This document shows positions 48,696-59,059 of a stretch of 64,000 nt of DNA, in pieces. Each line of letters begins with the position of its first letter. Positions within the stretch are counted from its first letter, which is position 1. Under the pieces are notes generated by a model. It was given only the letters and a program-made list of their open reading frames with translations. It ran no database searches and was not told the origin of the DNA. The stretch is from Thermoproteota archaeon (GTDB lineage: Archaea > Korarchaeota > JAOZGF01 > JAOZFZ01), in assembly GCA_027492035.1 (NCBI GenBank), contig JAOZFT010000035.1:64001-128000 (forward strand). The letters are read 5' to 3'. The translations under genes and the position numbers were made by a program.

Positions 48696-50072
48696 ATGGA
48701 TTTTGATGAAGTTTTAAAGTTCTACTCAAACCCTTTGGTTCAAAAAGAAATTGTAGATTACAGTAATAAACGCTGGGTAGCTGTTGAATGCGAACCTAAG
48801 GAAGGAAGAAGAATATTTCTAAGGTATTGGGGACGCCAAGGCCCGCCTCTACATATTTCTAAAACTGAAGACTTAACAAGTTTAATTAATAGATTTAAAG
48901 GGTTGAGGCCAAGGACATTCTATGCTTCAGTTAATCTCTACTCAAGGCTTAAATCGGTTGAGGACACTGAAAACTTGGACAACATCCTCTATTCTTCCCC
49001 CATATGGGACATTGATGGTTCACCTGACTACTACAAAGAAACTTTAGAGATAGCAGAGTTGATTACTAATTTCCTAAAGGAAGAAGGAGTCCATAAATCA
49101 GTTTTCCTAAAATGGTCAGGTAGAGGGGTACATGTCCACATCCACGAAAAAGCCTTCTCGAAAGAAACAATTTCTTCGCATAATCCTTTAGATATAGCTT
49201 ACTCCGTTGTTGAGTACGTTAACAGAGTACTTTATGACGAACTAAAGGAGAAAATAACTAAATTTGAAGCTGAAAACCATCCAATAAATGTTGAAAACAA
49301 AATAGATCTAAAAAGGGTTTTTACGTCTCCCCTATCCTTACATCGTGAAGTTGGCTTTTGCTGCGTCTGTTTTAAACCTGAAAAAATTCATAAATTTAAA
49401 ATTGACTGGGCTAAACCGCAAACTTTCAAGCATGACCAAAACTGGAGAACATACGAGGAAGGAGAAGCTGATGAATTAGCTGTTAAAGCTTTAAAGGAGA
49501 TAGGGGGCTACAACTGGCCTGGTTCCAAGAGGAAAACCGGATTAACAGCCACTGTTTTCCCTACAAGGAAAAAAACAGAAACTGTTAAAACACATAAACT
49601 TGGCAGGTTTCAAGTAATGGCCCTGCTTCAGGCTGCAAGATACTACCTCCTAACTAAAGACTTAGAAAAAGCTAAATCCTTCGGCCTAAACAGGGCAATT
49701 TTTTACGCTTGGGCTAAAAGGAAGGGCATTGGTCGTGTCCCTTCAAGGAAAAAGAAAGAAATAGTGGAAAAAGGGGAAGTAACTAAAGAAGTGAGGGAAG
49801 GTAAAACCCTTGTCTACCTAGGAAATGAAGGTGCCTTTGTTTCCAAGGAAGGCTGGTTCACCATAGGAAACACGTTACAAACCCCTAATGATTACAGTAG
49901 AGAAATAGAACATAAAATAAGTTTAGTTATCCCCTACAGTACAGCTTGGGAAGCAGCTATCAATTATCTTAAAAAATTCCCGAAAGAAGTTTTACTCAGT
50001 CAATCAAAATTCTTCAGCAAAGCTTATAAACCAATAAGAGACAGTTTCCTTGAACTAGTTCAAACATCATGA
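48696..50072 (+). CDS. Archaeo-eukaryotic primase (AEP)-superfamily protein fused to an uncharacterised C-terminal domain
   Basis: WDID (motif I), KWSGRGVHVH (motif II), NKIDLKRVF (motif III); basic linker then GRFQVMALLQAAR...AKSFGLNRAIFYAWAK. Confidence 0.75.
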   Translation: MDFDEVLKFYSNPLVQKEIVDYSNKRWVAVECEPKEGRRIFLRYWGRQGPPLHISKTEDLTSLINRFKGLRPRTFYASVNLYSRLKSVEDTENLDNILYSSPIWDIDGSPDYYKETLEIAELITNFLKEEGVHKSVFLKWSGRGVHVHIHEKAFSKETISSHNPLDIAYSVVEYVNRVLYDELKEKITKFEAENHPINVENKIDLKRVFTSPLSLHREVGFCCVCFKPEKIHKFKIDWAKPQTFKHDQNWRTYEEGEADELAVKALKEIGGYNWPGSKRKTGLTATVFPTRKKTETVKTHKLGRFQVMALLQAARYYLLTKDLEKAKSFGLNRAIFYAWAKRKGIGRVPSRKKKEIVEKGEVTKEVREGKTLVYLGNEGAFVSKEGWFTIGNTLQTPNDYSREIEHKISLVIPYSTAWEAAINYLKKFPKEVLLSQSKFFSKAYKPIRDSFLELVQTS

Positions 50073-50260
50073 AGTTTAAATCCTTCCAAGTCTTCACTTC
50101 TAAAAAACTCTTTCACCCAAACTTTTTATTTTAAACATATAGAGACACTAACTCTTTAAAAAAAGGTAAAAGGTACATCCTGATGAGAAGTAAATCATGT
50201 TTGAAAAGCTCCTCCCCTAAAATAAATTAGTGGAGGAACCTGTAGAGGCACTGAAGAAAA

Positions 50261-52012
50261 TTGAAGAGCCAAAAAAAACTTTTAAATCATTTACATTTCT
50301 TTAAAATATCACGGAACTACTTAAAAAGATTTGAAGTAAGTCTACTGATCCTAGCGGCTTTAACAGGTATTGGAGGAGGATTTGGAGCAGTTATTTTCCG
50401 TTTACTCATTACAGGCTTTACAACCCTTTCATTTCAACATGGCAGTAAAATACTGAACTTTCTAGGAAATTATTACATCATCTTTATTCCTGCAATAGGT
50501 GGTATGGTTGTAGGATTCCTTGTAAATCGTTTCGCAAGAGAAACTAAAGGACATGGGGTACCAGAAGTAATGGAATCCATCATGTTGAAAGGTGGAAAAA
50601 TAAGGCCAAGGGTTGCAATAATAAAGTCCCTTGCCTCCTCTATTTGTATAGGTTCTGGTGGTTCCGTAGGCAGGGAAGGGCCAATTGTACAAATAGGTTC
50701 AGCGATAGGTTCAACGCTGGGTCAAATATTTAAGTTAGGTGAGGAGCAAGTGAGGAACCTAGTTGCCTGTGGGGCTGCTGCTGGAATTGCAGCAACTTTT
50801 AATGCACCAATTGGGGGTGTGCTTTTCGCCTCAGAGGTAATACTTGGTGAATTTGCTACTACAACCTTTATAACTATCGTGATTTCCTCAGTAAGTGCAA
50901 CCATTATTTCAAGGATATTTCTAGGAAACAAAGTTTCTTTCCTTATTCCAGCTTATTCTTTTGTAAACCCTATTGAAATACTTTTTTATGTGATATTAGG
51001 TGTTTTAGCAGCTTTTATAGGTCTGTTATTCACTAAATTACTATATAAAGTTGAAGATGGTTTTAATTTGTTGAAAATATCGGACTACCTGAAACCAGTC
51101 ATTGGTGGGTTAACAATCGGTATCATAGGTTTCTTCTTTCCACAAATTTTCGGTGTAGGTTATGAAACAATAGAACTTGCCCTTGCAGAAAAACTTGCTT
51201 TAGGCACAGTAATCTCACTCATGTTTCTCAAATTATTAGCTACTTCAATCACTCTTGGATCAGGTGGTTCAGGCGGAATATTTGCACCCTCTTTGGTTAT
51301 AGGTTCAATGCTTGGCAACTTCTTCGGCACCTTCATCCACTCTGCATTTCCGGAAATAACTGCGTCTCCAGGGGCGTATGCACTGGTTAGTATGGCTGCT
51401 CTTTTTTCAGCAGCTGCTCATGCCCCCATAACAGCTATAATAATTCTGTTTGAAATGACAGGGGATTACAAAATTATTTTGCCTTTGATGGCAACCTGTG
51501 TAATTGCAACCCTAATAACTAGAAGAATGTCAGAAGGAAACATTTACACTTTGAAACTTATAAGGAGAGGAATCCATATATTAGATGGAATGAGTCTTAA
51601 AGTGAGGAAAACTTTAACAGCTTTCAAAATAAAAGATATAATGACAAAAGATGTGGTCTCAGTAACACCCAACTTATCTCTTGAAAGAATTTACAGCTTA
51701 ATCTTGAAAACCGACCACCATGGTTTCCCAGTTATTGAAAATGGTAAATTAGTTGGCCTAATTACAGTTCATGACCTTGTAAAGGTTCCTAAGGAGAAAT
51801 GGGGAAAAATGAAAGTAAAGGACGCTATGGTTAAACATGTTGAAACAATCTCAACTGAAAATTCACTTTATGACGCAATACGTTTAACGACGAAGAAAGG
51901 GGTTGGTAGATTAATTGTTGTTTCTAAGGATGACCCTAACAAAGTGGTAGGCATAATAACTAAAACAGACTTGGTGAAGGCTTATAATACAGCTCTTCTA
52001 GTTACATACTGA
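50261..52012 (+). CDS. ClC-family chloride channel/transporter with CBS pair (paralogue 1)
   Basis: GHGVP, GREGP, FNAPIGG, GIFAP, two CBS domains. Confidence 0.93.
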   Translation: MKSQKKLLNHLHFFKISRNYLKRFEVSLLILAALTGIGGGFGAVIFRLLITGFTTLSFQHGSKILNFLGNYYIIFIPAIGGMVVGFLVNRFARETKGHGVPEVMESIMLKGGKIRPRVAIIKSLASSICIGSGGSVGREGPIVQIGSAIGSTLGQIFKLGEEQVRNLVACGAAAGIAATFNAPIGGVLFASEVILGEFATTTFITIVISSVSATIISRIFLGNKVSFLIPAYSFVNPIEILFYVILGVLAAFIGLLFTKLLYKVEDGFNLLKISDYLKPVIGGLTIGIIGFFFPQIFGVGYETIELALAEKLALGTVISLMFLKLLATSITLGSGGSGGIFAPSLVIGSMLGNFFGTFIHSAFPEITASPGAYALVSMAALFSAAAHAPITAIIILFEMTGDYKIILPLMATCVIATLITRRMSEGNIYTLKLIRRGIHILDGMSLKVRKTLTAFKIKDIMTKDVVSVTPNLSLERIYSLILKTDHHGFPVIENGKLVGLITVHDLVKVPKEKWGKMKVKDAMVKHVETISTENSLYDAIRLTTKKGVGRLIVVSKDDPNKVVGIITKTDLVKAYNTALLVTY

Positions 52013-54008
52013 AAAAGAATTTTTTACATGAATCTCGTCTGAAATACAACAAACGGTTCCTCCTTTTTTAATTTATTTTCAAAAATAGGTTTGAAATATA
52101 TAATTTTTTTACATATAAAATTAAAAAAAGAAATTTTCTTAAATATCTTTGGTCCTTCACATGTTTTTTCATAAATTTTTCAAAGGTAGCAAGGAGGAAA
52201 AGTGAAGCCTTTCTTCTGACTTTCCTAAAAACTAAGTAAAAAGGGTGTAGCAAAACGTTCATCTATAAAAAAGTGAAGAAGGTTCTCTCAACAAATAAAC
52301 TTTTGGTTTTAAGTATTTTAACAGGTTTAGTGTCAGGATTGGGGGCACTTCTTTTCTTTTATATGCTTCATTTTTTTTCAAGCTACTTTATAGGTTACCT
52401 GGCAGGTTTTAAAGTTCCAAGTCCAGGTGGTGAAACTTCACCCTTTCACATCAATGGTGAAACAACCTATAAACCCTGGCTTCTTGTTATTTTACCAGCA
52501 ATTGGTGGACTACTTTCTGGGGTAATAGTTTACTCCTTTGCACCTGAAGCTGAGGGACATGGAACCGACGCAGTTATTGAATCCTTCCATAAATTCTCTG
52601 GTTACATTAGGAGTAGAGTACCTGTAATTAAATTGATTGCTTCTGCGTTGACTATAGGTACAGGTGGAAGTGCAGGCAGGGAAGGACCTATTGCCCAAAT
52701 AGGAGCTGGTTTTGCTTCATTTATCTCAAACTTTTTGAAATTAACAGCTAGAGAAAGGGAAATCCTAGTTGTTTGTGGAGCTGCTTCCGGAATAGGTAGT
52801 ATATTTAGAGCTCCCTTCGGCGGGTCCATTTTCGGCATAGAAGTGCTCTACAAAAGAGACTACGAGGTTGATGCCTTTATCTACTCAGTTATTTCTTGTT
52901 TTGCAGGTTATGGCGTGTTTGCTTCGGTTGTAGGTTGGAAACCTATTTTTATAACCCCCTTCTACACTTTCTCACCTAAAGAATTACCTCTTTTCGCTTT
53001 GTTGGGGATAATAAGTGGTGTAATAGCAATTATTTATGTCTCAGTTTTTTACGGGCTTAGGGATAAATTCTTTAGAAAAATGAAGATCCCGAATCATTTT
53101 AAACCAGCTATAGGTGGTATAATGCTTGGTTTACTCGGGTTCTTCTTCCCTCAAGCAATAGGGACAGGCTATGGATGGATGCAGCTTGCAATTAACGGTG
53201 AATTAGGGCTAAGTCTTATGCTAGGGCTTATTTTCGCTAAAATTTTCGCTACTTCCTTCACCATTAGTTCAGGTGGAAGCGGTGGGGTTTACGCTCCTTC
53301 TCTTACAATAGGCGCCATGGTTGGTGGCTCTATCGGAATGCTCCTTAAACAGGCATTTCCAGCCATTATAACTAACCCAGGAGTTTTTACATTAATAGGT
53401 ATGGCTTCATTCTTTTCAGCAGCAGCTAAATGTCCAATTTCACCAATCATTATGGTTTCTGAAATGACTGGAGACTACAATGTTTTAGTTCCAGCTATTT
53501 TAGCTTCAACAATCTCTTACTTCTCTTCAGGTGAATACACCATATACGAAAAACAAGTAATTTCCAAGACACACTCCCCTGCCCACACAGACAGGATCAT
53601 AAGTGAACTTGGGAGAAGAGCATATAAAGTAACTGACAAAATAAAAAAGGCATTGATAGCTTTCAAAGTTAAAGATGTAATGACTAAGAAAGTATTTTCT
53701 GTGAACCCTGACTCCACAGTGGAAGAATTATATGACTTAATTTTAAAAACTGATCATCACGGTTTCCCTGTGATTAAAAACAATAAACTTATAGGTTTAG
53801 TTACTATTCATGAACTCAGATCATTTCCAAAAGAGAAATGGAAAGAATTGAAAGTGGAAAATGTTATGGTTAAACATGTTAAAACTATTTCGGCTGAAGA
53901 ACCAATTTACGATGCAATAGTGAAAATGGCAAGGGAAGGGGTTGGTAGATTAATTGTTGTTTCTAAGGATGACCCTAAAAAAGTGGTAGGCATAATAACC
54001 AAAACAGA
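51897..54008 (+). repeat. Near-identical 73-nt segment shared by the two ClC genes (51897-51969 and 53936-54008)
   Basis: Manual alignment gives 71/73 identical nt, offset 2039. Confidence 0.88.
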
Positions 54009-54051
54009 TTTAATGAAAGCATACAATACAGCTCTTCTTGTTTCCATTTAA
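52273..54051 (+). CDS. ClC-family chloride channel/transporter with CBS pair (paralogue 2)
   Basis: GHGTD, GREGP, FRAPFGG, GVYAP, two CBS domains. Confidence 0.93.
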   Translation: MKKVLSTNKLLVLSILTGLVSGLGALLFFYMLHFFSSYFIGYLAGFKVPSPGGETSPFHINGETTYKPWLLVILPAIGGLLSGVIVYSFAPEAEGHGTDAVIESFHKFSGYIRSRVPVIKLIASALTIGTGGSAGREGPIAQIGAGFASFISNFLKLTAREREILVVCGAASGIGSIFRAPFGGSIFGIEVLYKRDYEVDAFIYSVISCFAGYGVFASVVGWKPIFITPFYTFSPKELPLFALLGIISGVIAIIYVSVFYGLRDKFFRKMKIPNHFKPAIGGIMLGLLGFFFPQAIGTGYGWMQLAINGELGLSLMLGLIFAKIFATSFTISSGGSGGVYAPSLTIGAMVGGSIGMLLKQAFPAIITNPGVFTLIGMASFFSAAAKCPISPIIMVSEMTGDYNVLVPAILASTISYFSSGEYTIYEKQVISKTHSPAHTDRIISELGRRAYKVTDKIKKALIAFKVKDVMTKKVFSVNPDSTVEELYDLILKTDHHGFPVIKNNKLIGLVTIHELRSFPKEKWKELKVENVMVKHVKTISAEEPIYDAIVKMAREGVGRLIVVSKDDPKKVVGIITKTDLMKAYNTALLVSI

Positions 54052-54138
54052 GAAAACAAAAAGGCATTAAATTTATTGTGTTAGTAAAAAAGTTTTACCG
54101 TAAATAAAATAGTGAGTCAACCAATGCCTTCTTTTATG

Positions 54139-55254
54139 TTACAACCCGAGTGGAGAAGGAAGCTGTTTTCCGAATTTAAACCATATGTAACAAGTTCCCT
54201 CCGTTGAAACCATGCATGGACCCACTGGGTTCCTTGGTGTGCATTTACGTTTGAAAAGATGGCATTGTGTAGGATAAGCCTTCCCAAGCACCACTTTATC
54301 ACATATACATCCTTTAGGCATAGAAGTCTTTTTTATTTCTTTTTTGATCGAGTATTTTACCCTCGCATCCCTGTAACTGTACCTCTCCTTAATCTTGAAC
54401 CCTGAAGAAGGAATTCTTCCTATACCCCTCCATATAGTTTCTGTTACTTCAAAAGCGTTCTTAATTATTTCTTTAGCTTTAATGTTTCCCTCTCTCTCCA
54501 CACTTCTCTTGTACTCATTTTCAAGTTTAGCTTCTCCTTCACTTACTTGATTAACAATCATAAGAATCGCTAATAAAACATCTACCGGTTCAAAACCGGC
54601 AACCACAACAGATACACCGTATTCGCTGACGAAATTCCAAGGTTCAAACCCTATTACAGTTGACACATGGCCTGGAGCTATTATTCCTCTTATTTCAACG
54701 TCTCCGCTTTCCAACAAATACTTCATCACCGGGGGAGTTAAACGTAAAGAAGTGAGGATGCTGAAGTTCTCCTCTTTGGCTTTAATTATTTCATATGCAA
54801 CAGCTGGAGCTGTGGTTTCAAACCCCACAGCAAAGAAGACCACTTCCTTATCTGGGTTTTTCTCAGCTAGTTTCAAAGCGTCGTGTGGACTATAAACTAC
54901 TTTCACATCAAAACCTTCACTTTTAACTTCCCATAAACTTTTATTTAATGCAGGAACCCTAACCATGTCGCCGAAAGTAGTTAAAATAATGTTTTCGTTT
55001 TCGGCTAACTGAATTGCTTCTTCAACATCTTCAATAGCTGCTACGCAAACTGGACACCCTGGACCTGCTACAAGTTCAATGTTTTCAGGCATAAGAGACC
55101 TTAAACCAAAATAACTAATCGTGTATTCATGGGTACCGCAGAAATGCATTATTTTTGTTTTTTCAAGGGTTTGAGCTTTAGCAGTGATCATTTTCGCTAT
55201 CCTTAATGCTAAGGCTCTGTTCCTGTATCCCTGTAAGAAATTGTTCCACAACAA
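54139..55254 (-). CDS. hypD: Hydrogenase maturation protein HypD
   Basis: MHFCGTH, GPGCPVC, GFETT, PGHVS, GPCMVSTEGTC. Confidence 0.96.
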   Translation of the reverse strand: MLWNNFLQGYRNRALALRIAKMITAKAQTLEKTKIMHFCGTHEYTISYFGLRSLMPENIELVAGPGCPVCVAAIEDVEEAIQLAENENIILTTFGDMVRVPALNKSLWEVKSEGFDVKVVYSPHDALKLAEKNPDKEVVFFAVGFETTAPAVAYEIIKAKEENFSILTSLRLTPPVMKYLLESGDVEIRGIIAPGHVSTVIGFEPWNFVSEYGVSVVVAGFEPVDVLLAILMIVNQVSEGEAKLENEYKRSVEREGNIKAKEIIKNAFEVTETIWRGIGRIPSSGFKIKERYSYRDARVKYSIKKEIKKTSMPKGCICDKVVLGKAYPTQCHLFKRKCTPRNPVGPCMVSTEGTCYIWFKFGKQLPSPLGL

Positions 55255-55330
55255 AAACTACCTTCACCCTTCTAATTTTGAAACCTTCAATTAAAGAAAG
55301 GGTAATTTTTTCAAAACGTTTACCTTTTTT

Positions 55331-55362
55331 AAAAGGGGAAAGTTAAATAAACTTCCCTTTAA
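55331..55362. promoter_or_regulatory. Overlapping back-to-back BRE-TATA promoters for hypE (+) and hypD (-)
   Basis: Plus strand AAGGGGAAAG-TTAAATAA; minus strand AAAGGGAAG-TTTATTTAA over the same AT core. A similar AAAGGGAAG-TTTTAAATA precedes the BtpA gene. Confidence 0.5.
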
Positions 55363-55384
55363 AATTTTATCTTTGATTTTCTAG

Positions 55385-56416
55385 GTGCCAAGTATGGATG
55401 GAAAAGTTACACTTTCCCATGGAGCAGGTGGCGAATTAACTTTTGAAGTGGTAAAAAGATTTTTCTTGGAAAAGTTCCTCCACCGCTCAGCCATGGATGG
55501 TGTAGGTTTAGATGCTCTTGATGATGGTGCCTCAATTAAAACAAAAAATTTAGAAATAGTTTTTTCAATAGATAACTACACTGTCAACCCTATCTTCTTT
55601 CCAGGTGGGGACATTGGCAGGTTAGCTGTTTCAGGAACAATAAATGATGTTTCAATGCTGGGAGCTAAACCTGTAGCTATTCTTGATGCGGTAACAGTTG
55701 AGGAAGGTTTTTCATTTAATGATTTAGAATTAATTGTTAACTCTATGAAAGAAGCAGCTGAAGAAGTGGATGTAGCAATAGTTTCAGGCGACTTTAAAGT
55801 TATGCCTAAAGGCAAACTTGACAAAATAGTTATTGCAGCCTGCGGTGTAGGAGTCACTGAAAAGGGAAAAATTATTCTAGACAGTGGCGCCAAACCAGGT
55901 GACAAAGTTTTAGTTACAGGTACAATAGGCGACCACGGAGTGGCTTTAATTTCGAAAAGAGAAGGAATAGAGTTCGAAACTGAAATTATGTCCGATACAG
56001 CCCCTATCTGGTGTGTTGTTGAAGCAGCTTTAAAGGTTGGTGGGGTTCATGCTATGAAAGATCCTACAAGAGGGGGATTAGCTGGTGCATTAAACGAAAT
56101 AGCTGAAAAATCAAAAGTAACTATTTATGTAAATGAAGAAAAAATTCCCTTTAAGGAACCAGTTATAGCTGCTGCTGAAATGTTGGGTTTAAGTCCTTAT
56201 GAACTCTTAAGTGAAGGAAAGGCTGTAATAGTTGTGGATAGGGAGTTGGCTGAAGAAACTTTAAATGAAATAAAGAAAACAAAGTATGGAAAAGAAGCTG
56301 AAATCATCGGTGAAGTAAGAAGGGAAAAACCTGGCTATGTACTCATAAATACATTAGCAGGAGGAACAAGGATACTTGAAAAACCAATAGGAGAACCTAT
56401 ACCTAGGATTTGTTAA
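55385..56416 (+). CDS. hypE: Hydrogenase maturation protein HypE
   Basis: HGAGG, FFPGGDIG, DPTRGG, C-terminal PRIC. Confidence 0.96.
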   Translation: MPSMDGKVTLSHGAGGELTFEVVKRFFLEKFLHRSAMDGVGLDALDDGASIKTKNLEIVFSIDNYTVNPIFFPGGDIGRLAVSGTINDVSMLGAKPVAILDAVTVEEGFSFNDLELIVNSMKEAAEEVDVAIVSGDFKVMPKGKLDKIVIAACGVGVTEKGKIILDSGAKPGDKVLVTGTIGDHGVALISKREGIEFETEIMSDTAPIWCVVEAALKVGGVHAMKDPTRGGLAGALNEIAEKSKVTIYVNEEKIPFKEPVIAAAEMLGLSPYELLSEGKAVIVVDRELAEETLNEIKKTKYGKEAEIIGEVRREKPGYVLINTLAGGTRILEKPIGEPIPRIC

Positions 56417-56449
56417 GAACTGAAAAAAGTTCCGTGGCCACAAGAAAAA

Positions 56450-58789
56450 TTAATATTCTCCATGTTTAATGGCTAAAAACTTTGTTTTGGCCAGTAAAGC
56501 TTGGCCGGTGGAGACTCCTCCATCTCCTAAAGGAAGCTTCTGGTTCAGAAAAATTTCAACTCCCTCCTGCATTAAAACCTCTTTTATCCCTTTTATTATG
56601 TAATTGTTAACAGCTGCTCCTCCCGATACAACCACTTTATTAATGTTTCTTTTTAAACATTTAAACGCTACACGTCCAAAAGCTCTACCTACTTCTTTCA
56701 AAATACTGTAAGCAAGTGTCGAAACTTCGTAAACATCTAATAACTCAATTACTGATTTAAACATTTCGCTTGTATCTATCACGTATACTCCATCAATTTT
56801 CCTTATGGGGATTTTTAAGAGGTTAAGGTCTCTCCCCCCTACTGCTTCTTCCTCAAGTTTAATTGCCGGTTCACCTTCATAATTTCTGTGTAAACATATG
56901 TTTAAAAGAGCTGAAAAAGCATCTAATAACCTCCCTGTACTGGACGTCATGATAGAATACTTTCTATGCCTCAAAATTGTTTCAAAAGCTTTTAAACCAT
57001 GCCTAAACCCTCTTTCCAACCTCCTTTTCAAAATTATTTCCTTTATTTCTTGAGGTTCAAGGAATGTGGACAGTATCCCAACAAGCATTCTTACTGGGTA
57101 TTTAGTTGCTAAGTCGCCACCCAGCATAGGTTGATACTTCAACTGCCCCCTTCTTCTGTAATTGCTGCAGGAACCAACTAAAACCTCTCCCCCCCAAATC
57201 ATACCGTCATCTCCATAACCTACCCCGTCCATGGTTACTGCTACAACCTCCTCCAAGGGGTTAATCTTTTGTTCAGCAATAACTGAAGCCATGTGTGCGT
57301 GGTGGTGTTGAACCTTTAACAATGGACAACCATATTTTTCAGCCCATTCAAAGGCAAGTCTTGAAGAGAAGTAACTTGGGTGTTTATCACAAACAATGAT
57401 GCTGTCCCTAACTTTTATGTTATATGTTTTTAAGAGGAAAGTAAGGGCTTCTTCTAAGTAAATAAGGTTGTCGTATTCGTCCATGTCTCCTAAGTACTGG
57501 GTTGGAACAATGTGGTTCCTAAAGGCTAAGGCTGCAGTGTTAGATAAATCAGCTCCAAAAGCTATAACTGGTTTCTCAAAAAACAGGTCCACATTTACCC
57601 AAGTTGGGGCATAACCCCTACTTCTTCTCAAAAAAACAGGGGAGCCGTCTGTAAACCTAACTACACTATCATCACATCTGTTTATAATCCTTCTATTATG
57701 CATTAAAAAATAATCCACGAACCCCTTTAAGTGGTTAAGGGCTTCCTTGTTCGATTTACAGATGGGTTTATTCCTTAAGTTGCCGCTTGTCATGATCAAA
57801 AATTTATCTCTTGACTGCTTCAGTAAAAGGTAATGTAGCCCTGTGTAGGGGAGCATGACCCCTAATGTTTTAAGTTGTGGGGCAACATACTTTGAAACAA
57901 GTGCATTATCTCTTTTTAAAGCCACTACAATTGGCTTTTCATGGCTTAAAAGCAAATTTTTCTGCTTTTTATTTAGAGATAGAATTTTTTCAGCTGTTTC
58001 AAGGTTTAAAGCCATCAAGGCAAAGGGTTTTTGAGGCCTATCCTTCCTTTTCCTGAGTTTCAGAACTACTTCATCCTGAGTTGCTGAAGCCGCTATATGG
58101 AACCCCCCTAACCCTTTTACTGCAATTATCTCCCCTTCATCAATCAACTTCGCTGCTTCCCTGATGACATTCATAGACTCTATCCCTTCTCCCTCCCTAT
58201 TTAAAAGAAAAACAATTGGCCCGCACTGTTTACAACTTATTCCTTGACCATGAAACCTTCTTACATTTTCAGGGTCTCTATACTCTTTTTCACAGTCTTT
58301 ACATAGAGGAAAATCCCTCATGGTAGTGTTCTCTCTATCATAGGGCGTCCTCTCCATCATTGTAAATCTGGGGCCACACCAAACGCAGGAATTAAAAGGA
58401 TATAAATACCACCTTGAGTCAGGGTCATCAATTTCTTTTATGCAGTCCTCGCAAATCCCTATATCTGGAGGAACCATGGAGTAAAAAGAAACATCTCTAC
58501 TGCTTTTCAAAATCACAAAATCTCTATATTGCTTAGGTTCAACCTCTTCAATCTTCACTTCCTCAATTACTGCAACAGACGGCTTCTCTACATCTAACTG
58601 CCAAAGAAATTTTCTTAGAGAAAACTTATCCCCTTCAATCCAAACCTCTACTTCAGACCCTCCTGTATTCTTTACATAGCCCCTTAACTTATTCTTGGTA
58701 GCGATTCGGTAAATGAAAGGTCTGAAACCAACACCTTGCACAATCCCTGTAATTCTCACCCTGTAAGCTACCAAGCCCTTACTAGGCAT
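56450..58789 (-). CDS. hypF: Carbamoyltransferase HypF
   Basis: GIVQGVGFRP acylphosphatase domain, Zn fingers, KGLGGFH, QHHHAH, GDGGVSTGQ. Confidence 0.96.
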   Translation of the reverse strand: MPSKGLVAYRVRITGIVQGVGFRPFIYRIATKNKLRGYVKNTGGSEVEVWIEGDKFSLRKFLWQLDVEKPSVAVIEEVKIEEVEPKQYRDFVILKSSRDVSFYSMVPPDIGICEDCIKEIDDPDSRWYLYPFNSCVWCGPRFTMMERTPYDRENTTMRDFPLCKDCEKEYRDPENVRRFHGQGISCKQCGPIVFLLNREGEGIESMNVIREAAKLIDEGEIIAVKGLGGFHIAASATQDEVVLKLRKRKDRPQKPFALMALNLETAEKILSLNKKQKNLLLSHEKPIVVALKRDNALVSKYVAPQLKTLGVMLPYTGLHYLLLKQSRDKFLIMTSGNLRNKPICKSNKEALNHLKGFVDYFLMHNRRIINRCDDSVVRFTDGSPVFLRRSRGYAPTWVNVDLFFEKPVIAFGADLSNTAALAFRNHIVPTQYLGDMDEYDNLIYLEEALTFLLKTYNIKVRDSIIVCDKHPSYFSSRLAFEWAEKYGCPLLKVQHHHAHMASVIAEQKINPLEEVVAVTMDGVGYGDDGMIWGGEVLVGSCSNYRRRGQLKYQPMLGGDLATKYPVRMLVGILSTFLEPQEIKEIILKRRLERGFRHGLKAFETILRHRKYSIMTSSTGRLLDAFSALLNICLHRNYEGEPAIKLEEEAVGGRDLNLLKIPIRKIDGVYVIDTSEMFKSVIELLDVYEVSTLAYSILKEVGRAFGRVAFKCLKRNINKVVVSGGAAVNNYIIKGIKEVLMQEGVEIFLNQKLPLGDGGVSTGQALLAKTKFLAIKHGEY

Positions 58790-58837
58790 TTAAAACCAAC
58801 TTGTAACACATTCTACCTCTAGATTACCTTTAAAAAC

Positions 58838-59059
58838 TTAGGTAGTTTCTTTCAGTATACTCACCCAAAGTTTCAATGTTTCCTTAGCTTCTTCAATGTC
58901 TAGTTTCTGAATAGCAAAACCTACATGAATCAAAACATAATCCCCAACTTTCACGTCATCTAGCATAGAAATAATAGCCTCTCTCCTTACTCCACCAAAA
59001 TCAACCACCGCCCTTTCTCCCTTAATTTCCAAAACCTTCCCTGGAACCGCTAAACACAT
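58838..59059 (-). CDS. hypC: Hydrogenase chaperone HypC
   Basis: MCLAVP, GDYVLIHVGFAI. Confidence 0.96.
   Translation of the reverse strand: MCLAVPGKVLEIKGERAVVDFGGVRREAIISMLDDVKVGDYVLIHVGFAIQKLDIEEAKETLKLWVSILKETT

Noticed and set aside
50100-50260. Fluoride riboswitch ahead of the ClC genes
   Set aside because: The conserved GAUGG...pseudoknot pattern is absent, and the ClCs lack the CLC-F GNN/GREGT signatures.
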